In this document: one piece after another, positions 20,304-28,708 of the stretch
Layout of the letters: the number at the start of each line of letters is the position of its first letter
Numbering within the stretch: position 1 is the first letter of the stretch
Assembly: GCA_943358385.1 (NCBI GenBank)
Contig: CALRGX010000004.1
Location: 10,610-74,609 of the forward strand
Reading direction: 5' to 3'
Origin: Parcubacteria group bacterium
GTDB lineage: Bacteria; Patescibacteriota; Minisyncoccia; Phycocordibacterales; UBA2100
Length of the DNA stretch: 64,000 nucleotides
Translations under genes and position numbers: made by a program
Notes under the pieces: generated by a model
Seen by the model: the letters and a program-made list of their open reading frames with translations, nothing else
What the model was told of the DNA's origin: nothing
The model's database searches: none

Positions 20304-21098
20304 ATGAAGGATCCCTTGCATCCAAGACTGATTTTCGAGAGGAAGCGAAAAAGTGGCATCACCACAAAAACAGAAACGGGAGAAGAAGCTAACGTTGCAG
20401 AAGGAAAACATCCATGGCCGATGTACACGCTGGATGCGCGCGATTATCTCGATATATTTGGTGTGCATTTCCCCACCGTCGCGCAGCTGCCCGACAAGCT
20501 CGAGCGGGCTCGCCTTGCAGGCGATCGTATCGTGGTGCTGGATTTGTGCGGTATTGCGCGCGCAACCAGTATCGGTGCAGACCATTCAATTGGACTCACC
20601 CTCACTGATCCGGGCGAACACATACCACGGCACGAGGATCAGACCATTCTCGTGGGAGACATTTTTACGGCTGGCGCAATTGAGCATATTATAGAGACTA
20701 TCAAAGCACAGGGTGGCAAAGTGCATTGCATCTTCTTCCGGCCTGTTGGTGGCTTGGGTGGATTCGGTCACCATCTGCGCTCTCACCTTCGTCTCTATAG
20801 CGTACTGCAACGCCTATATCCCTTTTTGTCGGAAGAAGGCGATACGTACGTAGAACTCATGGGGTTCCTCGGAGCACGTGTTCTTGAAGACGCTCTCAAT
20901 GCTCAAGCAGACAGAACATTTTGTTCGACGCACCATGAAGTGAACGCCGAGGGCATGGAGATTTTTACAACACACATTCAGAAAGGTCCCGGCGCACCAG
21001 CTGCGCTTATGACCGTTGATGAACTGCGCAACGTACCTACTGTTGAGCGAAAACTTTTAGAAGCGATAGATGCCACGGATACATTGACTCTCCCATGA
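20304..21098 (+). CDS. Hypothetical protein (possible degenerate Rossmann/methyltransferase-like fold)
   Basis: Long ORF with VVLDLCG motif; ATG 20304 preceded by TATAGT. Confidence 0.6.
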   Translation: MKDPLHPRLIFERKRKSGITTKTETGEEANVAEGKHPWPMYTLDARDYLDIFGVHFPTVAQLPDKLERARLAGDRIVVLDLCGIARATSIGADHSIGLTLTDPGEHIPRHEDQTILVGDIFTAGAIEHIIETIKAQGGKVHCIFFRPVGGLGGFGHHLRSHLRLYSVLQRLYPFLSEEGDTYVELMGFLGARVLEDALNAQADRTFCSTHHEVNAEGMEIFTTHIQKGPGAPAALMTVDELRNVPTVERKLLEAIDATDTLTLP

Positions 21099-21151
21099 GT
21101 ACCCCGTAAGGTGGCGCCAGACTGAACCCTAGAAAGAAAGATAGGCACGTC

Positions 21152-21952
21152 ATGAACGACATCGTGCACCCCTACATCGGCGTAACCGGCATCATGACCC
21201 CACAAGAAGCACGCGCCGCACTGCGTGTGGCGAGCACCTGGGAAAGCAACTACAAGGTCATGCTCGGTGTGCTCGCAAGCTCTAAAACGCTCTCGGGCAG
21301 AAAGAACAAATGGCCTAACCGCTACCCAAACCCTGAGAGAATTGCGGAACTTTTTGTCGACCACCCGAAAGCACTCAACTTCGTTCACTACTCAACCGAC
21401 ACTCCGGAGTACCTCGCGGCTCAACTACTTTCAATTGCGAAGCTGGCTGGTCCACACCTGCATGGATTCCAATTGAATGTGGTGTGGCCTGAGGTTGCAG
21501 AACTGATACATTTCCACCTGAATTCGAACCCAGTTGGTTGTTATCAATTAGTGTTACAACTCGGCACAAAAGCAATCGATCAGTGTACGTCTTTGGAAGA
21601 CCTGGTTGCACGCGTCGCGTTGTATAAAGACCTAGTGCGGTACATTCTTCTCGACTGCAGCGGAGGTAAAGGGATTCCATTTGACGTCACGCTCACCTAT
21701 GCACGCATGGAAGCGCTGCGCGACGCGTGCCCGTGGGCCCACATCGTGGTTGCAGGTGGTCTTTCTGGAGACCGTGAGTCATTCTCTCCACTGGAGAAAC
21801 TGATCCCTCTTCAGGAACACCTTTCTTGCGATGCGGAAGGTCGCTTGCGCACACACGAAGACGATGACTTGAACGTGACCGATATGCAGCACTACCTGCG
21901 CAGTCTGCATTTGGCTTTCGCCCGTGGACTGTTTGGCGGTGCGATGCGCTGA
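21152..21952 (+). CDS. TrpF-like TIM-barrel hypothetical protein
   Basis: YIGVTG, LHGFQLN, ILLDCSGGKG, VVAGGL, SCDAEGRLR motifs. Confidence 0.65.
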   Translation: MNDIVHPYIGVTGIMTPQEARAALRVASTWESNYKVMLGVLASSKTLSGRKNKWPNRYPNPERIAELFVDHPKALNFVHYSTDTPEYLAAQLLSIAKLAGPHLHGFQLNVVWPEVAELIHFHLNSNPVGCYQLVLQLGTKAIDQCTSLEDLVARVALYKDLVRYILLDCSGGKGIPFDVTLTYARMEALRDACPWAHIVVAGGLSGDRESFSPLEKLIPLQEHLSCDAEGRLRTHEDDDLNVTDMQHYLRSLHLAFARGLFGGAMR

Positions 21953-21964
21953 TGCAGAACATTT

Positions 21965-22038
21965 CAGGGCGGCCCCAAGGGCCGCCCTGTTTCTATGCAA
22001 AAAACACACAGCCGCCCCTGCGGGGCGGCTGTGTGTTT
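21965..22038. terminator. Two back-to-back hairpins between convergent genes
   Basis: CAGGGCGGCCC-CAA-GGGCCGCCCTG and AAACACACAGCCGCCCC-TGC-GGGGCGGCTGTGTGTTT. Confidence 0.75.
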
Positions 22039-22049
22039 CCATACCAGGC

Positions 22050-22175
22050 TTATCGTTTCTTGCCCTTTGCTGGCTTGCGCAATGCGCGCTTGGCCTGCTT
22101 TACCGCGAGACGCTTTTTAGTCTTGCGTGAACGCGACTTGCTCTGTCGGATATCCAAACTTGCTCGTTTTGCCAT
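22050..22175 (-). CDS. 41-aa highly basic peptide MAKRASLDIRQSKSRSRKTKKRLAVKQAKRALRKPAKGKKR
   Basis: Manual translation; TACACT 6 nt before ATG; terminator right after stop. Confidence 0.7.
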   Translation of the reverse strand: MAKRASLDIRQSKSRSRKTKKRLAVKQAKRALRKPAKGKKR

Positions 22176-22239
22176 GGCGCTAGTGTACACCAGGAAATCG
22201 TTTTCGTAACGGGTCTACAAATCGCAGCGGGGATTGCCA

Positions 22240-22869
22240 CTATGCATGCACCTCGGACTCGATATGCCGCACTTCCTTCCCTGCCACCTTACCCTCCGTG
22301 TCTATCTCATAGAGCAGAATACCGCCAAAGAGCATTTCTATATCTTTTACTTTTTCATCGGGAATGGCTTCCAAATATTTCATCAACGCACGAATGGCGT
22401 TGCCATGCGACACCATCAGCACATTTTTTCCATCTTTCAAAAACGGGAGGATGTGCGTTTCGTAGAACGGCACCACGCGCGCATACACCATTTTCAGCGT
22501 CTCGCCATGAGGGACCGGGCAATCCCACTCACGGCGCACTTTCTCCCACTGCTCGTGCCCAATCAACTCTTCCATTTCCCACTTATTTTTCCCGGTGTAG
22601 TCGCCGTAGTCACGCTCGTTAATTTCTGCAGCGTGCTGTGTCGGCACGTGGCATAAATCAAGTGCTTCGAGCATGCATGACAGTGTTTCGATGGAACGCA
22701 CCTGCATGGATGCAAATGCTTGATCAATATGAATACCTTGAATCATCAGCCCCATCTCCGACGATTTCTTAAAACCATACTCAGTGAGGTGACAATCCCT
22801 ACTCCCCGTCCAGAGGCCTTTTTTATTCCATTCCGATTCATGGTGCCGTGCAATGATGAGTTTTGCCAT
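22240..22869 (-). CDS. gpmA: 2,3-bisphosphoglycerate-dependent phosphoglycerate mutase
   Basis: ARHHESEWN..WTG, INERDYG..TGKNK, GETL, SHGNAIRAL. Confidence 0.88.
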   Translation of the reverse strand: MAKLIIARHHESEWNKKGLWTGSRDCHLTEYGFKKSSEMGLMIQGIHIDQAFASMQVRSIETLSCMLEALDLCHVPTQHAAEINERDYGDYTGKNKWEMEELIGHEQWEKVRREWDCPVPHGETLKMVYARVVPFYETHILPFLKDGKNVLMVSHGNAIRALMKYLEAIPDEKVKDIEMLFGGILLYEIDTEGKVAGKEVRHIESEVHA

Positions 22870-22926
22870 GCAGCACATCATAGCAGAAAGGCCGGCCGCG
22901 TTGCGGCCGGCCTTTCCTTGGTCCGC

Positions 22927-23493
22927 CTACGAAAAGACCCTTTCGCGTAGAACATCAATACCTTTGCCCGATTTACTCGAACAGAGCATCACCTCACCCT
23001 CCTTAGCATCCAGTGAAATTTTCTTGACCGCAGCGTGCAAATCTTTTTGATTTAATTTATCTACCTTATGGACCGCCACCACGTACGGTAGCGATTCAGC
23101 ACGCAGCACATGCAATATTTGTTGGTCGAATTCAGTAATGCCCGCCACCACATCAATCACCAACACCACCGTCCGAATGTTTGCATCTGCCTCTGCCAAG
23201 TACCACATGATGAGCTTGCGAAGTTTCTCGCGGTCCTTCGGTGCCGCTTCGGCATAGCCATAGCCGGGCAAATCTGCCAGAAGAAAGGTACCGTTGATAT
23301 CGAAAAAGTTGATTTCCGTTGTTTTACCTGGCTTTTTACCCGAGCGCGCCAGTTCTTTGCGGCCAGTGAGAGCATTCACCAAGCTGGATTTCCCTACATT
23401 CGAACGCCCGACAAACGCCACATGCGGTTTGTTGCCGGTGACGATATCGTCGGTGCCGCGGATACCCTTTACAAACGTGGCCTGGATGTTCAT
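22927..23493 (-). CDS. engB: Ribosome biogenesis GTPase YihA/YsxC/EngB
   Basis: GRSNVGKSS, PGKT..INFF, DLPGYGYA, K.DKL. Confidence 0.93.
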   Translation of the reverse strand: MNIQATFVKGIRGTDDIVTGNKPHVAFVGRSNVGKSSLVNALTGRKELARSGKKPGKTTEINFFDINGTFLLADLPGYGYAEAAPKDREKLRKLIMWYLAEADANIRTVVLVIDVVAGITEFDQQILHVLRAESLPYVVAVHKVDKLNQKDLHAAVKKISLDAKEGEVMLCSSKSGKGIDVLRERVFS

Positions 23494-23532
23494 GTTGGGC
23501 ATTCTACACGTCTTCCCCACGATAGCGAGCAT

Positions 23533-24306
23533 TTAGCGGCGTGGCGGGAGTGGCACAAACACAGACGTTTTGGCCTTGTATGATTCCCACTCAGGATTGC
23601 CTTCCCATCTCTTTTCAAGCATCGGCACACCAGAAACTTTCAGCAAGAGAAACGTGATGAGCAGCGGGCTTACGCATACCACGAATGGGTAGGTGGTCAT
23701 GCCTGCCGAGGCAATGGCCAACCCCCACCACATCATGCTCTCACCAAAATAGTTGGGGTGACGTGAAAATTTCCAGAGGCCCGATTGCATAATCTTGCCC
23801 TTGTTTTCAGGGTTGCGTATAAAGCGATCGAGTTGCGCATCACCCACTGCTTCGAAGAGAAAACCAATCACCCATATCAGGAGACCACCCCACAGCATCG
23901 CCGAAGAAAATACGGCACTCGGAAATGCAACCGCAAGCGTTATAGGGAGTGCTACGAGAAAAATCACCACTCCCTGCAGCATGTACACCTGTAAGAAACT
24001 GCGCCACACAAAAGTAGTTCCCCAGGCATCGCGCCATGCTTTGTAGCGGAAATCCTCTGGCTTCCCGCGATTCTTTCGATAGATACGAAATGCCAATCTA
24101 AACGCCCATACAAAAAGTGGCACACATAGTAAGAGCGACGACACTGAAACAGCAGGTGAGAAATACACCGCGGCAGCTGAGACAACCAAGAATGCAATGC
24201 CGTACCCTACATCCGCGATACCATTGTTTTTTCGCACGAGCGCCACCACAAAAAGACTGCTCATGTAGAGCGCGAGCACACCAAGTGCCGAAAGAAGTAC
24301 TGCCAT
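23533..24306 (-). CDS. DUF1295 / steroid 5-alpha-reductase-like membrane enzyme
   Basis: EDFRY, EAVGDAQL..F, GLWKFSRHPNYFGE, SGVPMLE. Confidence 0.9.
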   Translation of the reverse strand: MAVLLSALGVLALYMSSLFVVALVRKNNGIADVGYGIAFLVVSAAAVYFSPAVSVSSLLLCVPLFVWAFRLAFRIYRKNRGKPEDFRYKAWRDAWGTTFVWRSFLQVYMLQGVVIFLVALPITLAVAFPSAVFSSAMLWGGLLIWVIGFLFEAVGDAQLDRFIRNPENKGKIMQSGLWKFSRHPNYFGESMMWWGLAIASAGMTTYPFVVCVSPLLITFLLLKVSGVPMLEKRWEGNPEWESYKAKTSVFVPLPPRR

Positions 24307-24307
24307 A

Positions 24308-24721
24308 TTAGCGGGTAAAGGAGGACGCAATGAGGTACGTAATCGAGGCTACTGCCGCAGACAGCACCGTTCCCCACAGCATATCGACCATGGAAACGAG
24401 CGCTGGCCAGTCACGCAGCGTAGACCAGTTGGTGAGGTCGTATGTAGCGTACGTGAAAAAGCCAAACAGCGCGCCATAGATAAGCGCTTTCATAAAATTC
24501 TTTTCAGCGAGTGCTGGCACGATCACGAAGAATGAAAGACCGACCAGAAATATCAGGTAGAAACTGATAGCAACCGGCCAGTTCACCGTTGGCGCAAGCA
24601 GGTGCCCTATCTGATCCTTATAAAAAGTGCGCGCCACAAATCCCAGCCACACCATATCGATAGCAAAAAACACGGGCACCGAAAGCAGGTACACCCACGC
24701 AAACTGAAGTAGTGATGTCAT
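24308..24721 (-). CDS. DUF2177 family membrane protein
   Basis: IDMVWLG, GALFGFFTYATYDLTN.STL.DWP...VDMLWG. Confidence 0.88.
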   Translation of the reverse strand: MTSLLQFAWVYLLSVPVFFAIDMVWLGFVARTFYKDQIGHLLAPTVNWPVAISFYLIFLVGLSFFVIVPALAEKNFMKALIYGALFGFFTYATYDLTNWSTLRDWPALVSMVDMLWGTVLSAAVASITYLIASSFTR

Positions 24722-24891
24722 ACGTGCATTGTACTGTTTTTTCTCTCATTTAGCACATTGTTCTTTCTGAGACGCTAAGCCCTTGTATCTTGTCCCTCTC
24801 TTCCCTCCACCTCCAACCTCTCTTTGTCTCTTCTTTCCTAAACCCCTGTATGTCTTTGTTTTTCTATCACCTAACACCTTCAACCTCTTAC

Positions 24892-25641
24892 CTACCCTAA
24901 CACTTTCTTCAACGTATATATCCAATCTGCATTTTGGTCGTGACTATCTTCAGTATCGGCTTCCTTCTGTTTCAACAACCACTGCAGGTAGCTGCGATCT
25001 TCTTTAGCCAGGTCTACCAGGAGCTTCCCTGCGTGCTTCCCAAAAGTGATGCGTGTTATGAACGACGGCGCCTGCGAAATGGCGACCATCGCCGAAATCG
25101 TTGCGGCGGCGTCCGCATGTTCTTTGCGCAGCTTGTCATACAGACGCGTGAACAATGCCCTCAAGACGCGCACATCGCCAAGTGCATCATGAGCTGCGGC
25201 ATCAAGCACCTCCAAATCCAACGCGTAGCGCAGGTATTGCAAGCGATAAGCGCCGAGCTTTCCTTCCGGGTCTAAATGTCGCGCTATCTTCAGCGTGTCG
25301 ATCACCACATGGGCCTCTACCCCATCACGCTTCAGCATGTCGACGTCAAACGGGGCATTGTGCGCCACCATCACCACATCCACCTGAGGCAAAAGCACAG
25401 CGAGATTTGTATGTGTCATCGAGCCAGGAAACGGCTTTTTGTCTGCCACATCTTTATTGGTGTAACCCGTTGCTTCCATTGCCTCGATGCACAACGGGAC
25501 CGGCGGCTTAAACATCTCGCACACCTCCTTTCCCTCGTGCTCATATGCCACCTGGAAAATGCGGTCGTGTGCTTCGCGACCCGTCGTCTCGGTATCCAAA
25601 AACACCAGCCGGTGCTTTTTAATTTCATCGAGAGAATTCAT
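24892..25641 (-). CDS. DEDDh 3'-5' exonuclease (ExoX-like)
   Basis: FLDTETTG, VAHNAPFD, IDTL, AHDALGD, C-terminal FGKH.G...YLQWL. Confidence 0.9.
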   Translation of the reverse strand: MNSLDEIKKHRLVFLDTETTGREAHDRIFQVAYEHEGKEVCEMFKPPVPLCIEAMEATGYTNKDVADKKPFPGSMTHTNLAVLLPQVDVVMVAHNAPFDVDMLKRDGVEAHVVIDTLKIARHLDPEGKLGAYRLQYLRYALDLEVLDAAAHDALGDVRVLRALFTRLYDKLRKEHADAAATISAMVAISQAPSFITRITFGKHAGKLLVDLAKEDRSYLQWLLKQKEADTEDSHDQNADWIYTLKKVLG

Positions 25642-25666
25642 GGAGATAGAGTAGCACGCAACTGGC

Positions 25667-26071
25667 TTACCTATTCAAATACGTAATCGTCAGCTGCAAA
25701 CAAGTAGCAAAGGTGCCCCAGAGGAGGTAGGGAATGTTGGCATATACCACCCACCGCAAATCAGGCGCGGCGTGCCACAGCGCAAAGAGTGCCCATATCA
25801 AGGTGCCCACGACTAAGAGGATATCGATTGAGGCAAGGAGATTATTTTTGAGGCCAAATTGAATGGGAGTAAAAATGAGGTTAAAGAAAAGATTCAGAGC
25901 AAAGGGCAGTGCCACCATCCACGGCAGCACGCCCGTGAATGATTTGTAGAAAACCGTACCAAAAGTGACGGCGATGATGGTATAGAGCACGCTCCACACG
26001 GGACCAAAGAGCCACGCCGGCGGCGACCACCAGGGTTTTATAAACTGCATGTACAAGATAGGTTCGTTCAT
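25667..26071 (-). CDS. tspO: TspO/MBR family tryptophan-rich sensory protein
   Basis: KPWWSPPAWLFGPVWSVLY, PYLLW..FA..L; ATG 26071 preceded by TAGAAT. Confidence 0.88.
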   Translation of the reverse strand: MNEPILYMQFIKPWWSPPAWLFGPVWSVLYTIIAVTFGTVFYKSFTGVLPWMVALPFALNLFFNLIFTPIQFGLKNNLLASIDILLVVGTLIWALFALWHAAPDLRWVVYANIPYLLWGTFATCLQLTITYLNR

Positions 26072-26119
26072 ACCTTCTATTCTACTGTGCCTATCGTGAT
26101 GTTCATATGATGCCCTGCC

Positions 26120-26251
26120 CAATTATAAAGGTCGGTCCTTTATAATTGCACCGTGGTGGTAAAATCCTCAGTGCAAATTGAATCGGCCCTTCTCCTCACG
26201 AGAAGGGCCGCACGTTATGCTAATGCAAAATATAAAGGTCGGTCCTTTATA
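26120..26251. repeat. Pair of identical 21-nt REP-like palindromes
   Basis: TATAAAGGTCGGTCCTTTATA at 26124-26144 and 26231-26251. Confidence 0.75.
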
Positions 26252-26335
26252 CATTGGTAGACCCTGATGCACAAATCGAAAGGGCGCGAGCATGCTCGCG
26301 CCCCCTCTCTTGGCGTTATCGTCCGAGAACCTTCT

Positions 26336-26467
26336 TCAAGGCGCCGTCGTGCCGTAGCGCGCCGTGACCTCAAAGCCGAGCAGGTCGCGATAGAATGCGA
26401 GCGACCGATCAAGATCTCCTACAGTGAGGTGTACGTGCCCGATTGATGTGTGTGGATGAAGTGCCAT
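26336..26467 (-). pseudogene. Truncated VOC/glyoxalase (CatE-like) gene
   Basis: MALHPHTSIGHVHLTVGDLDRSLAFYRDLLGFEVTARYGTTAP*: VOC N-terminal signature, only 43 aa. Confidence 0.75.
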
Positions 26468-26507
26468 AGCGGGATTGAAAGACACCTCTTCCGAGGTGTC
26501 TTTTCAT

Positions 26508-26567
26508 TTACTTAACTTTCTTTGGCTTTTTAGCCTCCTTCTTTCGTGAATTGTTTCCTTTTGCCAT
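26508..26567 (-). CDS. 19-aa basic peptide MAKGNNSRKKEAKKPKKVK
   Basis: Manual translation; followed immediately by terminator hairpin at 26476-26506. Confidence 0.55.
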   Translation of the reverse strand: MAKGNNSRKKEAKKPKKVK

Positions 26568-26669
26568 ATGAAAAACTATCTCGAGTAATGTTTGTATCGT
26601 AGCACGCAGAATGGCACACCTCGGTTTTGCCCAACTGGTGAAACGGGCGTTGTCGCGTATCATGAACAC

Positions 26670-27920
26670 ATGCGCATCGCCGTTGTGGGGTCAGGTATTT
26701 CAGGACTCTCGGCTGCGTTTCTACTCGCGCCGCACGCACAGGTTACCTTGTTTGAAAAATCGCCGCAGCTTGGCGGGCATGCACACACTGCCTCTGTCGC
26801 TTTTGGAAACACCACCGTCGCCGTCGACACAGGATTCATGGTGTACAACCCTGCGCGCTACCCGTACTTCGTAGCACTACTGAGCGAACTCAATGTCACT
26901 TCAATTGATACGGTGATGAGTTTCTCGGCAACCATACCCGGGCAGGTCATGTACAGCAGTGATTTCCAAGGACTCTTGGGCGATGTGCGTCAATGCACGA
27001 GCCCACGCTACCTGCGATTTCTCTACGACATTATGCGTTTTAATATCGCTGCAAAAAAGTTCTTGCACCAGCCGCAGAAAGAGCAACTACTGGGTGACTT
27101 TCTACAGGGCCACCATTTTTCTCCCGAACTCGCCTCGTGGTACCTCTACCCAATCATGGCGTCTATCTGGTCAGCAGGCACCAGCGCACTTCCCAACTAC
27201 CCTGCATACGAAACGTTTCGCTTCCTGAATAATCACCAGCTACTCAATATATTCACCAAGCCACAGTGGCGAACGATTAAAGGTGGTTCCATTACATACG
27301 TGGAAGCACTATCAAAAAAAATCACTGCCGAAGGTGTGCAGGTGCGACTTAATACTCCCGTTACCTCGATAAAGCGTGGTGCGGATACCGTCCACATCAC
27401 CACCGCCAAAGGTAGCGAGGAGTTTGATCACGTGATCATTGCCACACACGCCGATGAAGCTCTCGGTGTTTTGGGCGATGCCACAGCAGCCGAGCGGGAC
27501 ATTCTTGGGGGGTTTTCATATAGCAATAATCACGTCATCCTCCACAGCGACACCTCTTTCATGCCTCCACAGAAACGCACCTGGGCATCATGGAATTACC
27601 TTGGGGAAGGTGATTCGCAGACCGTATCACTTACCTATGACATGAACGCACTGCAGCACATACCCGAGGAATGCCCGATGTTTGTCACTCTCAATCCCGT
27701 GCGCCTTCCCAAGAAGGAACTCACACATCAAACCTTTACGTACGCACACCCGGTATTCAACGCGCAGGCACGCACTGCTCAAGAGCGTATGGCTGAAATA
27801 CAACAGGGCCGCACTCATTTTTCTGGAGCACACCTTGGCTTTGGATTCCACGAAGATGGCATTGCCTCTGCAGTCGATGTTGTGCAAGCACTCGGTTTCC
27901 CTATTCGCCTCTCAGTATGA
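26670..27920 (+). CDS. FAD-dependent oxidoreductase (amine oxidase-like, cfa-cluster type)
   Basis: IAVVGSGISGL, LGGHAHT, VDTGFMVYN..YP, WASWNY, YAHP, GFHEDG. Confidence 0.9.
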   Translation: MRIAVVGSGISGLSAAFLLAPHAQVTLFEKSPQLGGHAHTASVAFGNTTVAVDTGFMVYNPARYPYFVALLSELNVTSIDTVMSFSATIPGQVMYSSDFQGLLGDVRQCTSPRYLRFLYDIMRFNIAAKKFLHQPQKEQLLGDFLQGHHFSPELASWYLYPIMASIWSAGTSALPNYPAYETFRFLNNHQLLNIFTKPQWRTIKGGSITYVEALSKKITAEGVQVRLNTPVTSIKRGADTVHITTAKGSEEFDHVIIATHADEALGVLGDATAAERDILGGFSYSNNHVILHSDTSFMPPQKRTWASWNYLGEGDSQTVSLTYDMNALQHIPEECPMFVTLNPVRLPKKELTHQTFTYAHPVFNAQARTAQERMAEIQQGRTHFSGAHLGFGFHEDGIASAVDVVQALGFPIRLSV

Positions 27921-28708
27921 CCAATCTCGAACTACTCACTGCCACCGTTGGCCACGCGCGCTTCTCCCCCATAAAGAATGCGTTTGTATACCAAGTGTAC
28001 TACACCATCTGCCCGGTAACCGACGAGCATATTGCAACCCCTCCACTCTTTTCATTCAGTCGCTTTAATGTTCTGAGTATGTATACCAAAGACCATGGCC
28101 CGAAAGACGGAAGCGCGTGGCGCCCCTGGATTGCAGCACAATGTGCCGCACGTGGTATGCAGCTCTCGCCACATGATGCGGTATTTCTGATAGCGCACCC
28201 GCGCCTACTGGGATATGCCTTTAACCCTATTTCGTATTGGCTGGTATACGAAAAGAATACACATCTGAAAGCGGTACTGTGCGAGGTGCACAATACGTTT
28301 GGCGATAACCACAACTACCTCCTGCTCCACGATGATTTCAAAGCCATCGAGCCAGCCGACCTTTTTACTGCCAAGAAGAATTTATACGTCTCTCCCTTCA
28401 ACACCGTCGCCCCAGGCACCTACCAATTTTCTTTCACCGCGAGCCCGACACAATTCAAATCGGTCATCAACTACTTCGAACATGATGTGCACATTCTAAA
28501 TACATACATGGGTGGTGTGCGCAGTCCCCTCACCATGTGGAGCATATGCAGAGTCATCATCACGTACCCTCTGATGACCTTCCTTACCGTATGGAGAATT
28601 CACCGACAAGCAATCATTCTCTATATAAAAGGGGTGCGAAACACCTTGCACACGCGCCATCCGCACACAGAGAATCAGACTACGCAGGGTACTACGCTTA
28701 AAAAATAG
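27917..28708 (+). CDS. DUF1365 family protein
   Basis: H.RF.P..NAF.Y, PRLLGYAFNPISYW, EVHNTFG, K.LYVSPF, IH.QA..L..KG. Confidence 0.9.
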   Translation: MTNLELLTATVGHARFSPIKNAFVYQVYYTICPVTDEHIATPPLFSFSRFNVLSMYTKDHGPKDGSAWRPWIAAQCAARGMQLSPHDAVFLIAHPRLLGYAFNPISYWLVYEKNTHLKAVLCEVHNTFGDNHNYLLLHDDFKAIEPADLFTAKKNLYVSPFNTVAPGTYQFSFTASPTQFKSVINYFEHDVHILNTYMGGVRSPLTMWSICRVIITYPLMTFLTVWRIHRQAIILYIKGVRNTLHTRHPHTENQTTQGTTLKK

